The notes: generated by a model not told the origin, from the letters alone. 64,000 nucleotides of DNA from an uncultured Gammaproteobacteria bacterium (GCA_964628855.1 CAZVMV010000001.1:11813-75812), one strand, 5' to 3'. Counted from the stretch's first letter, positions 28,328 to 35,793 are shown. Translations and numbers: made by a program.

Positions 28328-28579
28328 ATGGAACGACGTCACCCGATCGACCGACTCGATACCAGCCATTTCAATCTTTGCATCAAGCATTCAAACGGAG
28401 TTGCCACCCATTTCGTCAGCGCCGCAGACATCATCTCCGGCAAGGCAGTATTAAACACCGAAACGGGCACAACGCATTACCTGACAGTCGGCGAAGACCG
28501 GACGACCATCGATGTCACGCCAAAGGACCACGCCTGGCTGACCGCCTGGGCAAAAGGAATTGCCTGCCCCCAAGTGTAA
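28328..28579 (+). CDS. small hypothetical protein (83 aa)
   Basis: Internal ATG of ORF 27911..28579, preceded by TCAAGGAGGCATTTTC. The upstream part of that ORF overlaps the previous gene, terminator and promoter. Confidence 0.55.
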   Translation: MERRHPIDRLDTSHFNLCIKHSNGVATHFVSAADIISGKAVLNTETGTTHYLTVGEDRTTIDVTPKDHAWLTAWAKGIACPQV

Positions 28580-28604
28580 CGAATGTTACATCTTTCTACA
28601 TATG

Positions 28605-28631
28605 CCGACGCATCCTGCGTCGGTTTTTTTT
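28605..28631 (+). terminator. intrinsic terminator (CCGACGC hairpin family)
   Basis: CCGACGCA-tcc-TGCGTCGG followed by TTTTTTTT. Confidence 0.8.
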
Positions 28632-28645
28632 AGGAAATGCACTTA

Positions 28646-28674
28646 TTGACTTAACCGTACGGATACTTTAGGGT
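28646..28674 (+). promoter_or_regulatory. sigma70-type promoter of cassette 28716
   Basis: TTGACT, 17 nt spacer, TAGGGT. Confidence 0.45.
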
Positions 28675-28715
28675 TAATCATGTATTTGTCTGGTTCTTTT
28701 TCTTGGAGGTTTCTG

Positions 28716-29018
28716 ATGGATCCAACTACTGTAGGAGCGTGCTGTCTGGCGGCTTTTGGGCTCGTCATCCTGCGGGTGCATTTTCAGATGCGCAAACTGG
28801 TGAAGGAAAGAGGAATCGGTTCGACTACCAGGCGAGTCCTCTGGCGCAACTGGAAGCGTATGCTCTACTCCCTGGCTGCGCTCCTCGCGCTTTTCTGTCT
28901 TACCCAGTTCTTCCCCCACATCGCATGGATCTGGCCAATATTGGTCGGATTGATGGCGGCATTCCTTTTCATCTTCGGCATTTACTCGGTCTGTAGAAAA
29001 GAACAACCGGCCGCCTAA
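28716..29018 (+). CDS. small membrane protein (100 aa, about 3 TM)
   Basis: ORF 28680..29018. The ATG at 28716 is preceded by TTGGAGGTTTCTG. Hydrophobic helices are present. Confidence 0.55.
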   Translation: MDPTTVGACCLAAFGLVILRVHFQMRKLVKERGIGSTTRRVLWRNWKRMLYSLAALLALFCLTQFFPHIAWIWPILVGLMAAFLFIFGIYSVCRKEQPAA

Positions 29019-29047
29019 ATGATATTTCCCTGATTTGCTGACCAAAA

Positions 29048-29074
29048 CCCGACGCATACCGCGTCGGTTTTTTT
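29048..29074 (+). terminator. intrinsic terminator (CCGACGC hairpin family)
   Basis: CCCGACGC-atacc-GCGTCGG followed by TTTTTTT. Confidence 0.8.
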
Positions 29075-29101
29075 GACTTTTTTAAATCCGGGTGTTATTA
29101 T
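29073..29101 (+). promoter_or_regulatory. sigma70-type promoter of ORF-less unit 2
   Basis: TTGACT, 17 nt spacer, TATTAT. The -35 box is fused to the preceding T-run. Confidence 0.45.
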
Positions 29102-29107
29102 TCACGT

Positions 29108-29223
29108 TGTGTTAGGACGTTTCTCTTGCGCCCGGCTAGAGAAGCTCCCTGACCGTTATCATTTTCTTCATATTGATCCGGCTGCCAGGCGAGTATCAGT
29201 TCTCCCTGGTAGCCTATTTTTTT
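29108..29223 (+). ncRNA. candidate small RNA 2 (about 115 nt; 5' end estimated)
   Basis: Promoter as above. Terminator GGCTGCCAGG-15 nt-CCTGGTAGCC plus TATTTTTTT (29180-29223). Internal hairpin TTCTCT-11 nt-AGAGAA. No ATG and no SD in the interval. Confidence 0.45.
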
Positions 29224-29230
29224 ATCCGTC

Positions 29231-29259
29231 TTGACAGGCTGGCATTCTTTGGATAACAT
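29231..29259 (+). promoter_or_regulatory. sigma70-type promoter of cassette 29301
   Basis: TTGACA, 17 nt spacer, TAACAT. Confidence 0.5.
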
Positions 29260-29300
29260 GAACCGAAACTCAGACCACCAGAAACATGCGAGGGTACCTG

Positions 29301-29525
29301 ATGAAAAAGGATGATTTCATCCGTATAGACATGGAGCGCCTGCCCGAAGGGTGCGACCGCACAAATGTCATGAGTGTACTGGTAGAGACGGCGGACAATA
29401 CCGTCAGCCGCTCAGCCGAAGTTGACCTGAACTGCGTGCCATACGTCGATATCACCATCGAAGGCGGCACCGACAAGCACATTCCCGCGATCAAGAAACG
29501 CGGGTTCAATCTCCTCCCGGTCTGA
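29301..29525 (+). CDS. small hypothetical protein (74 aa)
   Basis: ORF 29286..29525. The ATG at 29301 follows GCGAGGGTACCTG. Confidence 0.5.
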   Translation: MKKDDFIRIDMERLPEGCDRTNVMSVLVETADNTVSRSAEVDLNCVPYVDITIEGGTDKHIPAIKKRGFNLLPV

Positions 29526-29545
29526 CACGACTGCGTGTCAGCAAA

Positions 29546-29590
29546 GCGGTTACTCCACCCTGCTTCCTCCCGGAGTAACCGCCTTTTTTA
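29546..29590 (+). terminator. intrinsic terminator
   Basis: GCGGTTACTCC-15 nt-GGAGTAACCGC followed by CTTTTTTATTT. Confidence 0.8.
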
Positions 29591-29614
29591 TTTCTTTTTC
29601 CAAAAAAAATTATA

Positions 29615-29655
29615 TAATAAATAAAATCCCCGCACTGTTTCTGCAACAGGCGGGG
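29615..29655 (-). terminator. intrinsic terminator of the REC-like gene
   Basis: Minus strand reads CCCCGCCTGTT-gcaga-AACAGTGCGGGG (one bulge) followed by ATTTTATTTATT. Confidence 0.65.
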
Positions 29656-29674
29656 GGTGAGCTGCTGACTCCCC

Positions 29675-30082
29675 TCACATCACGAGAGATATTTGGGTGA
29701 GCGATTTGAGGAGTCGCTGGCGGATAAGGCCCATCTGGTTGGGAAAGGCAACGATAGATGTCACGCCAGCGCGATACGCCTCCATATGCGTAATGCGGTC
29801 GGCAAAATTCCTGGTCTGCACGATCGGGATGGTCTCGCATCCTCTGATCTGACGGATTTGGGAAACCAGTTCCGCCACATCCCGGGCATTGAGAATAAGG
29901 GCGCTGGCGATCACCGCACGCGGCCGGTGGCCGTTACTTAGGGCAAGGCACAGGTCTTCGCCCGGCAAGACCCGCACGACTTCGAACGGACCGAGTATCC
30001 GCTGAAACTGCGGTTCCTTCAAAAGCGCGTGGATGATTTCCCCTTTGCCGGAATTGTCAGCTAGAAAAATGAATGAGCGCAC
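29675..30082 (-). CDS. receiver (CheY-like) fold protein, probable pseudo-receiver (GTG start)
   Basis: 135 aa. By eye it aligns to CheY: FIFLADN vs LVVDD, AVIASALIL vs FVISDWNM, IPIVQTRN vs PVLMVTAE, IVAFPN vs VVKPF. The acceptor Asp and the conserved Lys are not conserved. SD AAAGGAGGTTGC-GTG. Confidence 0.45.
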   Translation of the reverse strand: MRSFIFLADNSGKGEIIHALLKEPQFQRILGPFEVVRVLPGEDLCLALSNGHRPRAVIASALILNARDVAELVSQIRQIRGCETIPIVQTRNFADRITHMEAYRAGVTSIVAFPNQMGLIRQRLLKSLTQISLVM

Positions 30083-30189
30083 GCAACCTCCTTTTGCGCT
30101 TGTATCTTTATTTTCACCCTAACTTATCAAAAAACCGCCAGCATGTCAATGGCCTTTCGGTCCGACACGTCAGCCTGTCATTCAAAATT

Positions 30190-30654
30190 TTATTTCCTGC
30201 CCAGGTAATAATCGTCAATCGCCCGCACCAGCTCCACCGGCTTCTCGTCAAAAGGCCACTCGTGCTTGCCGCGGCTCTCGTCATTCTCCATGATCAGGGT
30301 ATAATGGTCTGACATGGCCAGGAAACAATTCGGCGTGGCTATATGGAAATGCCACCGCGTCTTTTTTTTCGAATACTGTTTCGCCAGTTCCAGCGCCTCA
30401 TGCTTGATCTGTTTCTTTTTGCCCTTGCGCGGATTGGTCAGCTGGTACGCGTGCTTCTCCAGGTCCTCGCGCAATTCCTTGGTGCTCGGACAATAAAACA
30501 TATCATCCCCGTGTTCCAGCAGGATGATTTCGTCCCCCGTGTCATTCACGTAACACTCCGGCGACAAACAATGGTGGTGCCAGCTGGTCCCGGCGTTCAT
30601 CACTCTCTCCCTTAGCTCGCTTTCACTGATCTTCGTCCCGTGCTTTTTGATCAT
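30190..30654 (-). CDS. hypothetical protein with internally duplicated W-H-x-H...P-x-C module
   Basis: 154-aa ORF. A strong SD (AAGGGAGAGAGTG-ATG) favours an alternative start at 30600 (MNAGTSWHHH...). Repeats: TSWHHHCLSPECYV...IILLEHGDD and TRWHFHIATPNCFL...TLIMENDES. Confidence 0.55.
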   Translation of the reverse strand: MIKKHGTKISESELRERVMNAGTSWHHHCLSPECYVNDTGDEIILLEHGDDMFYCPSTKELREDLEKHAYQLTNPRKGKKKQIKHEALELAKQYSKKKTRWHFHIATPNCFLAMSDHYTLIMENDESRGKHEWPFDEKPVELVRAIDDYYLGRK

Positions 30655-30904
30655 AGAGGTGTATTTATTATTGACTGGTGTTAGTGGTATAGTTTACGCT
30701 ATTTTTCACTTTCCGACAAGTCCGCGGCCCCTGTCTGGATCGATATCATCGCTCACTGGCGTGGTGTTGCCGTCCTGCTTTTTCGGGTCCTTGCCCAGCA
30801 TACCCATCCCGTTGCCAAGTCCGATCATTAGGCTGACGATCCACCGTTTGAACATGTTTGGTTTTTTCGTTCGTGTATCCATATATCTTTTCAGGCACGC
30901 AGCC

Positions 30905-30932
30905 TTGACAATTATCGTAATCGAGTTAAGCT
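30905..30932 (+). promoter_or_regulatory. sigma70-type promoter of cassette 30975
   Basis: TTGACA, 16 nt spacer, TAAGCT. Confidence 0.45.
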
Positions 30933-30974
30933 ATGGGAAAATACGCGGCAACACACAGAGAAAGGATATGCATT

Positions 30975-31271
30975 ATGCCGATCGATCCTTCGCAAATCAT
31001 CAAGGGCCATTACCGGCCCCGCAATTCCAGGCCAGAACTGGTCGTGCTGGCAAACACCCGGTTCCTGTCATTAGCCGACTACATCGAACTGTTCGGAGTA
31101 GTGGAAAAAGATTTCCCTGACGCCAATGCGAACAATTTCCGCATCGCGCAGTACACCGGCCCCGGAGGTAAAAGGTTATCTGGCATCATGGCTGTATTCA
31201 GCTACGGGTCAACTTTCCCTAATAATTACCCCCAGCTACCAGATATAATTCCCGTCGAATTACCCAACTGA
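30975..31271 (+). CDS. small hypothetical protein (98 aa)
   Basis: ORF 30933..31271. The 30933 ATG overlaps the -10 box, so the ATG at 30975 (AGAGAAAGGA upstream) is preferred. Confidence 0.5.
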   Translation: MPIDPSQIIKGHYRPRNSRPELVVLANTRFLSLADYIELFGVVEKDFPDANANNFRIAQYTGPGGKRLSGIMAVFSYGSTFPNNYPQLPDIIPVELPN

Positions 31272-31290
31272 ACCTACCCGCTTCATCCTT

Positions 31291-31318
31291 GGACCCACCC
31301 GGGTCCTTTTATATTTTT
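31291..31318 (+). terminator. intrinsic terminator
   Basis: GGACCC-accc-GGGTCC followed by TTTTATATTTTT. Confidence 0.7.
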
Positions 31319-31907
31319 AAAAAAAATTCCCAATGCCAGAGTAAATAAATTGGACAAAACCTATCAAATCAACAGCGATTATAAAAGTCAAACCGGCGAT
31401 ATATAATCCAGCCCAGGTAAAAGTGCCTAAAATCAATAAAACATAGAGGAAGGTATTGTACTTTTCCGCTTTTGAGGCAATTGCCTCAAACGCGTTTTTT
31501 CCAGTTTTGATCTGGTGGAGATACCCAACAAGAATGCCTAAATACGCAACAGCCAGTATAACAAACAGCAAGGTATGCTGGCTGATATATCTACGAATAA
31601 ACGACAAAGATGGCGTGAGATAAATTGAAATGATGGCCAACCCGCTGAATATGGCGTGTAAAACTGGATGTGCGTTAATGTAATCCAGTGTAGTGCTCAG
31701 ATTTACGGCTATTAGTACCCAAATCAACCACATCAGGACAATCATGCATATGAACAGCGTGATCATGCTAAATGTAAAAGCAACATCATGCTGGAGCAAC
31801 TGAAAACTTAGACAAATTCCAACAATCAAGACAAAGCTAACAATTGTCGTAAAGATTGGACGCTTATTAAAAAAATCAAAAGTTTTTTTGTCCTGATTTG
31901 ATAACAT
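31317..31907 (-). CDS. integral membrane protein, hypothetical (196 aa)
   Basis: About 6 hydrophobic helices. AT-rich. Confidence 0.55.
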   Translation of the reverse strand: MLSNQDKKTFDFFNKRPIFTTIVSFVLIVGICLSFQLLQHDVAFTFSMITLFICMIVLMWLIWVLIAVNLSTTLDYINAHPVLHAIFSGLAIISIYLTPSLSFIRRYISQHTLLFVILAVAYLGILVGYLHQIKTGKNAFEAIASKAEKYNTFLYVLLILGTFTWAGLYIAGLTFIIAVDLIGFVQFIYSGIGNFF

Positions 31908-31984
31908 ACCTAACAGTATTAAATTGATAAATAGTTCTGCAAAATTACGTATCTACATCAGATCCACTCTATCACATCCGCATA

Positions 31985-32377
31985 CTAATATCCCGAGCAG
32001 CCTTGGTTATGCAGCTGCCTGACGTAGGAGAAATATTCCTGCATGCCCATCATCATGACCACATAAGCGGCGATCACCAGAACCGCCCCGGCGATAGTCG
32101 CCCACTTCATTATCTTCTCCCATTTCTGCAGTTTCACGAACCGCACGGTCATCCCCGGAGTCATTTGTTGTTTATCCGTCTTCTGCAAAACATGCGCTTT
32201 CATTCGTAACACGAAATAGGTGATGGCAGCTGCCAAAAACAATGCTGAAATAACACATAACACAACAATATACCACTCCCCGTTTTTCTTTAATTGTTCA
32301 ATTCCCCACGTTTCACATAACGTCTCACCAAGTGTCGAACTCACCGTCAAAGCTAATAAACCATCAGCGATACTCAT
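31985..32377 (-). CDS. small membrane protein, hypothetical (130 aa)
   Basis: Hydrophobic helices. Its central segment DKQQMTPGMTVRF.K resembles DQQSMTVYQGKYRFWK in the 117-aa neighbour. Confidence 0.5.
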   Translation of the reverse strand: MSIADGLLALTVSSTLGETLCETWGIEQLKKNGEWYIVVLCVISALFLAAAITYFVLRMKAHVLQKTDKQQMTPGMTVRFVKLQKWEKIMKWATIAGAVLVIAAYVVMMMGMQEYFSYVRQLHNQGCSGY

Positions 32378-32402
32378 TTTTTTATTGTAAATGTTTATAA
32401 TT

Positions 32403-32465
32403 TTACAGGTTTGTATCCCCTATCACTTCCGCCAATATCGGATGCGAGAAATATACAAATTTCAT
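32403..32465 (-). pseudogene. 3'-terminal remnant of a paralogue of gene 32830..33303
   Basis: Minus strand reads ATGAAATTTGTATATTTCTCGCATCCGATATTGGCGGAAGTGATAGGGGATACAAACCTGTAA, giving MKFVYFSHPILAEVIGDTNL*. The end of the 157-aa protein is KFDVRAYFSHPTLGEVLGINNL*. The nucleotide similarity is visible (TATTTCTC.CATCCGA...GAAGTG). Confidence 0.6.
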
Positions 32466-32818
32466 TAAGTTATTACCTTCGTAGCCGGAGTGGGCGCTAC
32501 CCACAAGATACTAAATGCCAGGAGTGTTAATAGTGTTGGAATTAGAAATATTAACATTACATGTTTCCAAAATCTATATTTACCCTGATAAACCGTCATA
32601 CTCTGCTGGTCTATGCCCAAAGTCTTACATCTCCGTGAAGCAACTAACATCATCACTCCAATAATTATCAGTGCAATGAAATTCAAAACGATTAACCATT
32701 TATACACAGACTCCGCTACGGATAATGTCGAAGCAACCGGATGGATGAAGACAAAGATACCTGGAATAAAATAAATGAGCACACAGTACCCGATGATGAT
32801 TGCATTAGCTTTTTTCAT
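32465..32818 (-). CDS. small membrane protein, hypothetical (117 aa)
   Basis: About 4 hydrophobic helices. It lies 11 nt downstream of the 157-aa gene. Confidence 0.5.
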   Translation of the reverse strand: MKKANAIIIGYCVLIYFIPGIFVFIHPVASTLSVAESVYKWLIVLNFIALIIIGVMMLVASRRCKTLGIDQQSMTVYQGKYRFWKHVMLIFLIPTLLTLLAFSILWVAPTPATKVIT

Positions 32819-32829
32819 ATATTTTTAAA

Positions 32830-33303
32830 TTATAAATTATTTATCCCCAGCACTTCCCCCAGCGTCGGATGTGAGAAATAAGCTCGTACGTCAAACTTAT
32901 CATCCATCAGTTCAATCATCTCCATGTCCGGCCGGGTGATCAGCTTGAATCCCGGCTTGCCCATGCACTCCTTCTTCAGCGCCAGATAATCCGCCGCTGT
33001 GAAATCCACGTCCCCTTGCTCCGGGTGGTCAGCGTCCGGTTTCCGCACCTTCACGATCCGTAATGGCCCGGCCACTGTCTCTATCGCCTCGTGCAACAGG
33101 TACACATTGCCCATCTTTGTCTCTTTGGCCACCGAGCCGTGTGTCGCCACTTCCTTGTCCATCAGCTGGTATTCCTCATCCGAATGCGTAAAAATGCAGG
33201 AATAATTCACCACCGCTTTCCACTCTTTGGTGTGGGTGTTTTTCAGTTCCATTGCACGTTTAACGAGGTGCCAAAATAATTGATTAAATGTGTTGGTGTC
33301 CAT
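32830..33303 (-). CDS. soluble hypothetical protein (157 aa)
   Basis: Clean ORF with no TM segment. No family assigned with confidence. Confidence 0.55.
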   Translation of the reverse strand: MDTNTFNQLFWHLVKRAMELKNTHTKEWKAVVNYSCIFTHSDEEYQLMDKEVATHGSVAKETKMGNVYLLHEAIETVAGPLRIVKVRKPDADHPEQGDVDFTAADYLALKKECMGKPGFKLITRPDMEMIELMDDKFDVRAYFSHPTLGEVLGINNL

Positions 33304-33336
33304 TTTTTATTCTTAATATTAATGATTTACACCAAA

Positions 33337-33810
33337 TTAACTCCTATCTGTTTTTTCTTGATCTTGTTTTAATTTCCTGATCCATCGGTAAATCCATGTA
33401 GCAATTACTGACATCGCCATTATGACTATATAGGTAATAATTGGTGAAAATAACTGATGCTCGCCGGCAATATTCCTAAAATATCTGATGGCAAGAAAGA
33501 GAATGAACGATACTATTATCAATGCAAGTAAAGACCACATAGAAGTCCAAATAACCTGCCGCGGGGGCATGGCCTCTATCTTCGGCTGTGGTTTTGTCAG
33601 TAAATTCCAGGCAAAATTATTAAATACAGCTAATCCAATCATTGCTGGGATAAAATAAATAGCATACACGAAAATAATGTCATACGTAATACTTCCTACG
33701 CCCATCATTCCCCAGAAATACACATCGCTAACATATCCCAATACGAAAGAGAAAATTATACAGATTATTCCTAAATAAATCGCCAATGGTACATGTTTTG
33801 TTTCTGTCAT
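33337..33810 (-). CDS. integral membrane protein, hypothetical (157 aa)
   Basis: 4 hydrophobic helices. Confidence 0.55.
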   Translation of the reverse strand: MTETKHVPLAIYLGIICIIFSFVLGYVSDVYFWGMMGVGSITYDIIFVYAIYFIPAMIGLAVFNNFAWNLLTKPQPKIEAMPPRQVIWTSMWSLLALIIVSFILFLAIRYFRNIAGEHQLFSPIITYIVIMAMSVIATWIYRWIRKLKQDQEKTDRS

Positions 33811-33817
33811 AATCTTT

Positions 33818-33850
33818 CACAAAGAGCGGGTCCCTACTAGAAACCCGCTC
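33818..33850 (-). terminator. intrinsic terminator of dnaK
   Basis: Minus strand reads GAGCGGGT-ttctagtaggg-ACCCGCTC followed by TTTGTG. Confidence 0.65.
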
Positions 33851-33885
33851 AATGTTGTTATTTAAATGTGTCTTTAAATGACATC

Positions 33886-35793
33886 TTATTTCTTGACCTC
33901 TTCGTACTTAGCGTCGACAGGCCCTTTGTCATCCTTCGGAGCCTCTTGTTTGGCACCGCCTGCTTGCGCATTCGGCTGGCCTTCTGGCGGTTTCTGATCT
34001 TTGTACATGGCCGATCCGATCTTCTGGATGGTGATGGACAGTTCCTCGGTCGCCTTCTTGATGGCCGCCGAGTCATCGCCGTCCTTCACCTTTTTCAAGG
34101 CTTCGATCTTTTCCTCAACCTCTTTCTTCACCTTGGCATCCAGCTTGTCGCCCGCGTCCTTAACCGCTTTTTCGGCAGTATAGGATAACGTCTCAGCCTG
34201 GTTGCGGATGTCGATCAGCTCCTTCTTTTTCTTGTCCTCGTCAGCGTGCTTGGCTGCGTCCTGTTTCATTTTCTCCACTTCATCCTTGGACAATCCGGAC
34301 GAGGCGGTGATGGTGATAGACTGCTCCTTGCCAGTCGCTTTCTCTTTGGCTTTTACGTTCAGTATGCCGTTGGCATCAATGTCGAAAGTGACTTCGACTT
34401 GCGGAACGCCACGCGGTGACGGCGGGATGCCGGACAGGATGAACCGGCCGAGCGTCTTGTTGTCGCCAGCCATTGGCCGTTCGCCCTGGAGGACGTGGAT
34501 TTCTACTGAGGTCTGATTATCCGCTGCTGTAGAGAACACCTGCGATTTGGAAGTCGGGATGGTGGTGTTGCGTTCGATCAATGGCGTCGAGACGCTGCCC
34601 AATGTTTCAATGCCTAATGTTAACGGCGTCACGTCGAGCAGTAACACATCTTTCACTTCGCCTTGTAACACGCCGCCTTGCACACCAGCGCCGATAGCCA
34701 CCACTTCATCAGGATTGACGGAGATGTTCGGTTTCTTGCCGAAAAACTTTTCAACGGTTTCAAGAACCTTCGGCATACGAGTCATGCCGCCGACCATGAC
34801 CACTTCGTCTATATCCGAGGTTTTCACTTTGGCGTCCTCTAAAGCTTTTTTAACAGGTTCAATAGTTTTCTCGATCAAATCGCCGACCAAATCTTCCAGC
34901 TTGGCGCGGGTCAGTTTCAGGTTCATGTGTTTCGGGCCGGAAGAATCCGTGGTGATGAACGGCAGGTTGATTTCCGTTTCCATGGCGGTCGATAATTCTA
35001 TCTTGGCCTTTTCGCCGGCCTCTTTCAGCCGCTGTAATGCCATCACGTCTTTGGACAGGTCAATGCCCTGGTCTTTCTTGAATTCATCAACTAACCAGTC
35101 GATGATGCGCTTGTCGAAATCGTCACCGCCGAGATGCGTATCGCCGTTGGTGGATTTAACTTCAACAGTGTCGGATGCGACATCGAGAATGGAAATATCA
35201 AACGTACCGCCGCCAAGGTCGTAGACGGCGATCTGCTGGTCCTTTTTCTTTTCAAAACCGTAGGCTAACGCGGCCGCGGTCGGTTCATTGATGATGCGCT
35301 TCACCTTCAATCCGGCAATTTCACCGGCATCTTTGGTGGCCTGGCGCTGTGAGTCATCGAAATAGGCAGGAACAGTGATGACAGCCTCTTCAATCTTTTC
35401 GCCTAAGCGGGATTCGGCGTCAGCCTTCATTTTCTGCAGGATCATGGCTGACACTTCCTGAGGTGAATATTCTTTTCCGGACATGACGACTTTCACGCCT
35501 GTGCCGGCCTGCACGATTTTGTACGGCATGGTGTCGTGGTCGCGCTGGACTTCCTGGTCATCCCAGTGCCGGCCGATCAGGCGCTTCACCGAGAAAATGG
35601 TGTTTTCCGGATTGGTGACGGATTGGCGTTTGGCGATCTGCCCGACCAGGCGCTCGCCTGTTTTGGAAATGGCCACGACGGACGGCGTGGTCCGGTTGCC
35701 TTCCTTGTTTTCCAAAACTTTAGGTTCGCCACCTTCGATGATGGCCATGCATGAATTGGTTGTACCGAGATCGATACCGAGAATCTTTGACAT
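33886..35793 (-). CDS. dnaK: molecular chaperone DnaK (Hsp70)
   Basis: 635 aa. Motifs [27 protein letters not shown]. Confidence 0.97.
   Translation of the reverse strand: MSKILGIDLGTTNSCMAIIEGGEPKVLENKEGNRTTPSVVAISKTGERLVGQIAKRQSVTNPENTIFSVKRLIGRHWDDQEVQRDHDTMPYKIVQAGTGVKVVMSGKEYSPQEVSAMILQKMKADAESRLGEKIEEAVITVPAYFDDSQRQATKDAGEIAGLKVKRIINEPTAAALAYGFEKKKDQQIAVYDLGGGTFDISILDVASDTVEVKSTNGDTHLGGDDFDKRIIDWLVDEFKKDQGIDLSKDVMALQRLKEAGEKAKIELSTAMETEINLPFITTDSSGPKHMNLKLTRAKLEDLVGDLIEKTIEPVKKALEDAKVKTSDIDEVVMVGGMTRMPKVLETVEKFFGKKPNISVNPDEVVAIGAGVQGGVLQGEVKDVLLLDVTPLTLGIETLGSVSTPLIERNTTIPTSKSQVFSTAADNQTSVEIHVLQGERPMAGDNKTLGRFILSGIPPSPRGVPQVEVTFDIDANGILNVKAKEKATGKEQSITITASSGLSKDEVEKMKQDAAKHADEDKKKKELIDIRNQAETLSYTAEKAVKDAGDKLDAKVKKEVEEKIEALKKVKDGDDSAAIKKATEELSITIQKIGSAMYKDQKPPEGQPNAQAGGAKQEAPKDDKGPVDAKYEEVKK

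Noticed and set aside
28674-29057. 127-aa minus-strand ORF antisense to membrane cassette gene 28716..29018.
   Set aside because: Arg/Ser/Pro-rich translation with no RBS. The plus-strand gene has complete expression signals and plausible TM helices.
30706-30882. 58-codon minus-strand ORF (MDTRTKKPNMFKRWIVSLMIGLGNGMGMLGKDPKK...), possibly a small membrane protein upstream of gene 30190..30654.
   Set aside because: It has no convincing SD (GAAAAGATAT-ATG) and is below the size where the frame alone is persuasive. It is kept only as a possibility.
30647-31120. 157-aa plus-strand ORF spanning the 30655-30930 spacer.
   Set aside because: It runs through the promoter of gene 30975 and has a Pro/Ser-rich low-complexity translation. 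It starts inside the start-codon region of the minus-strand gene.
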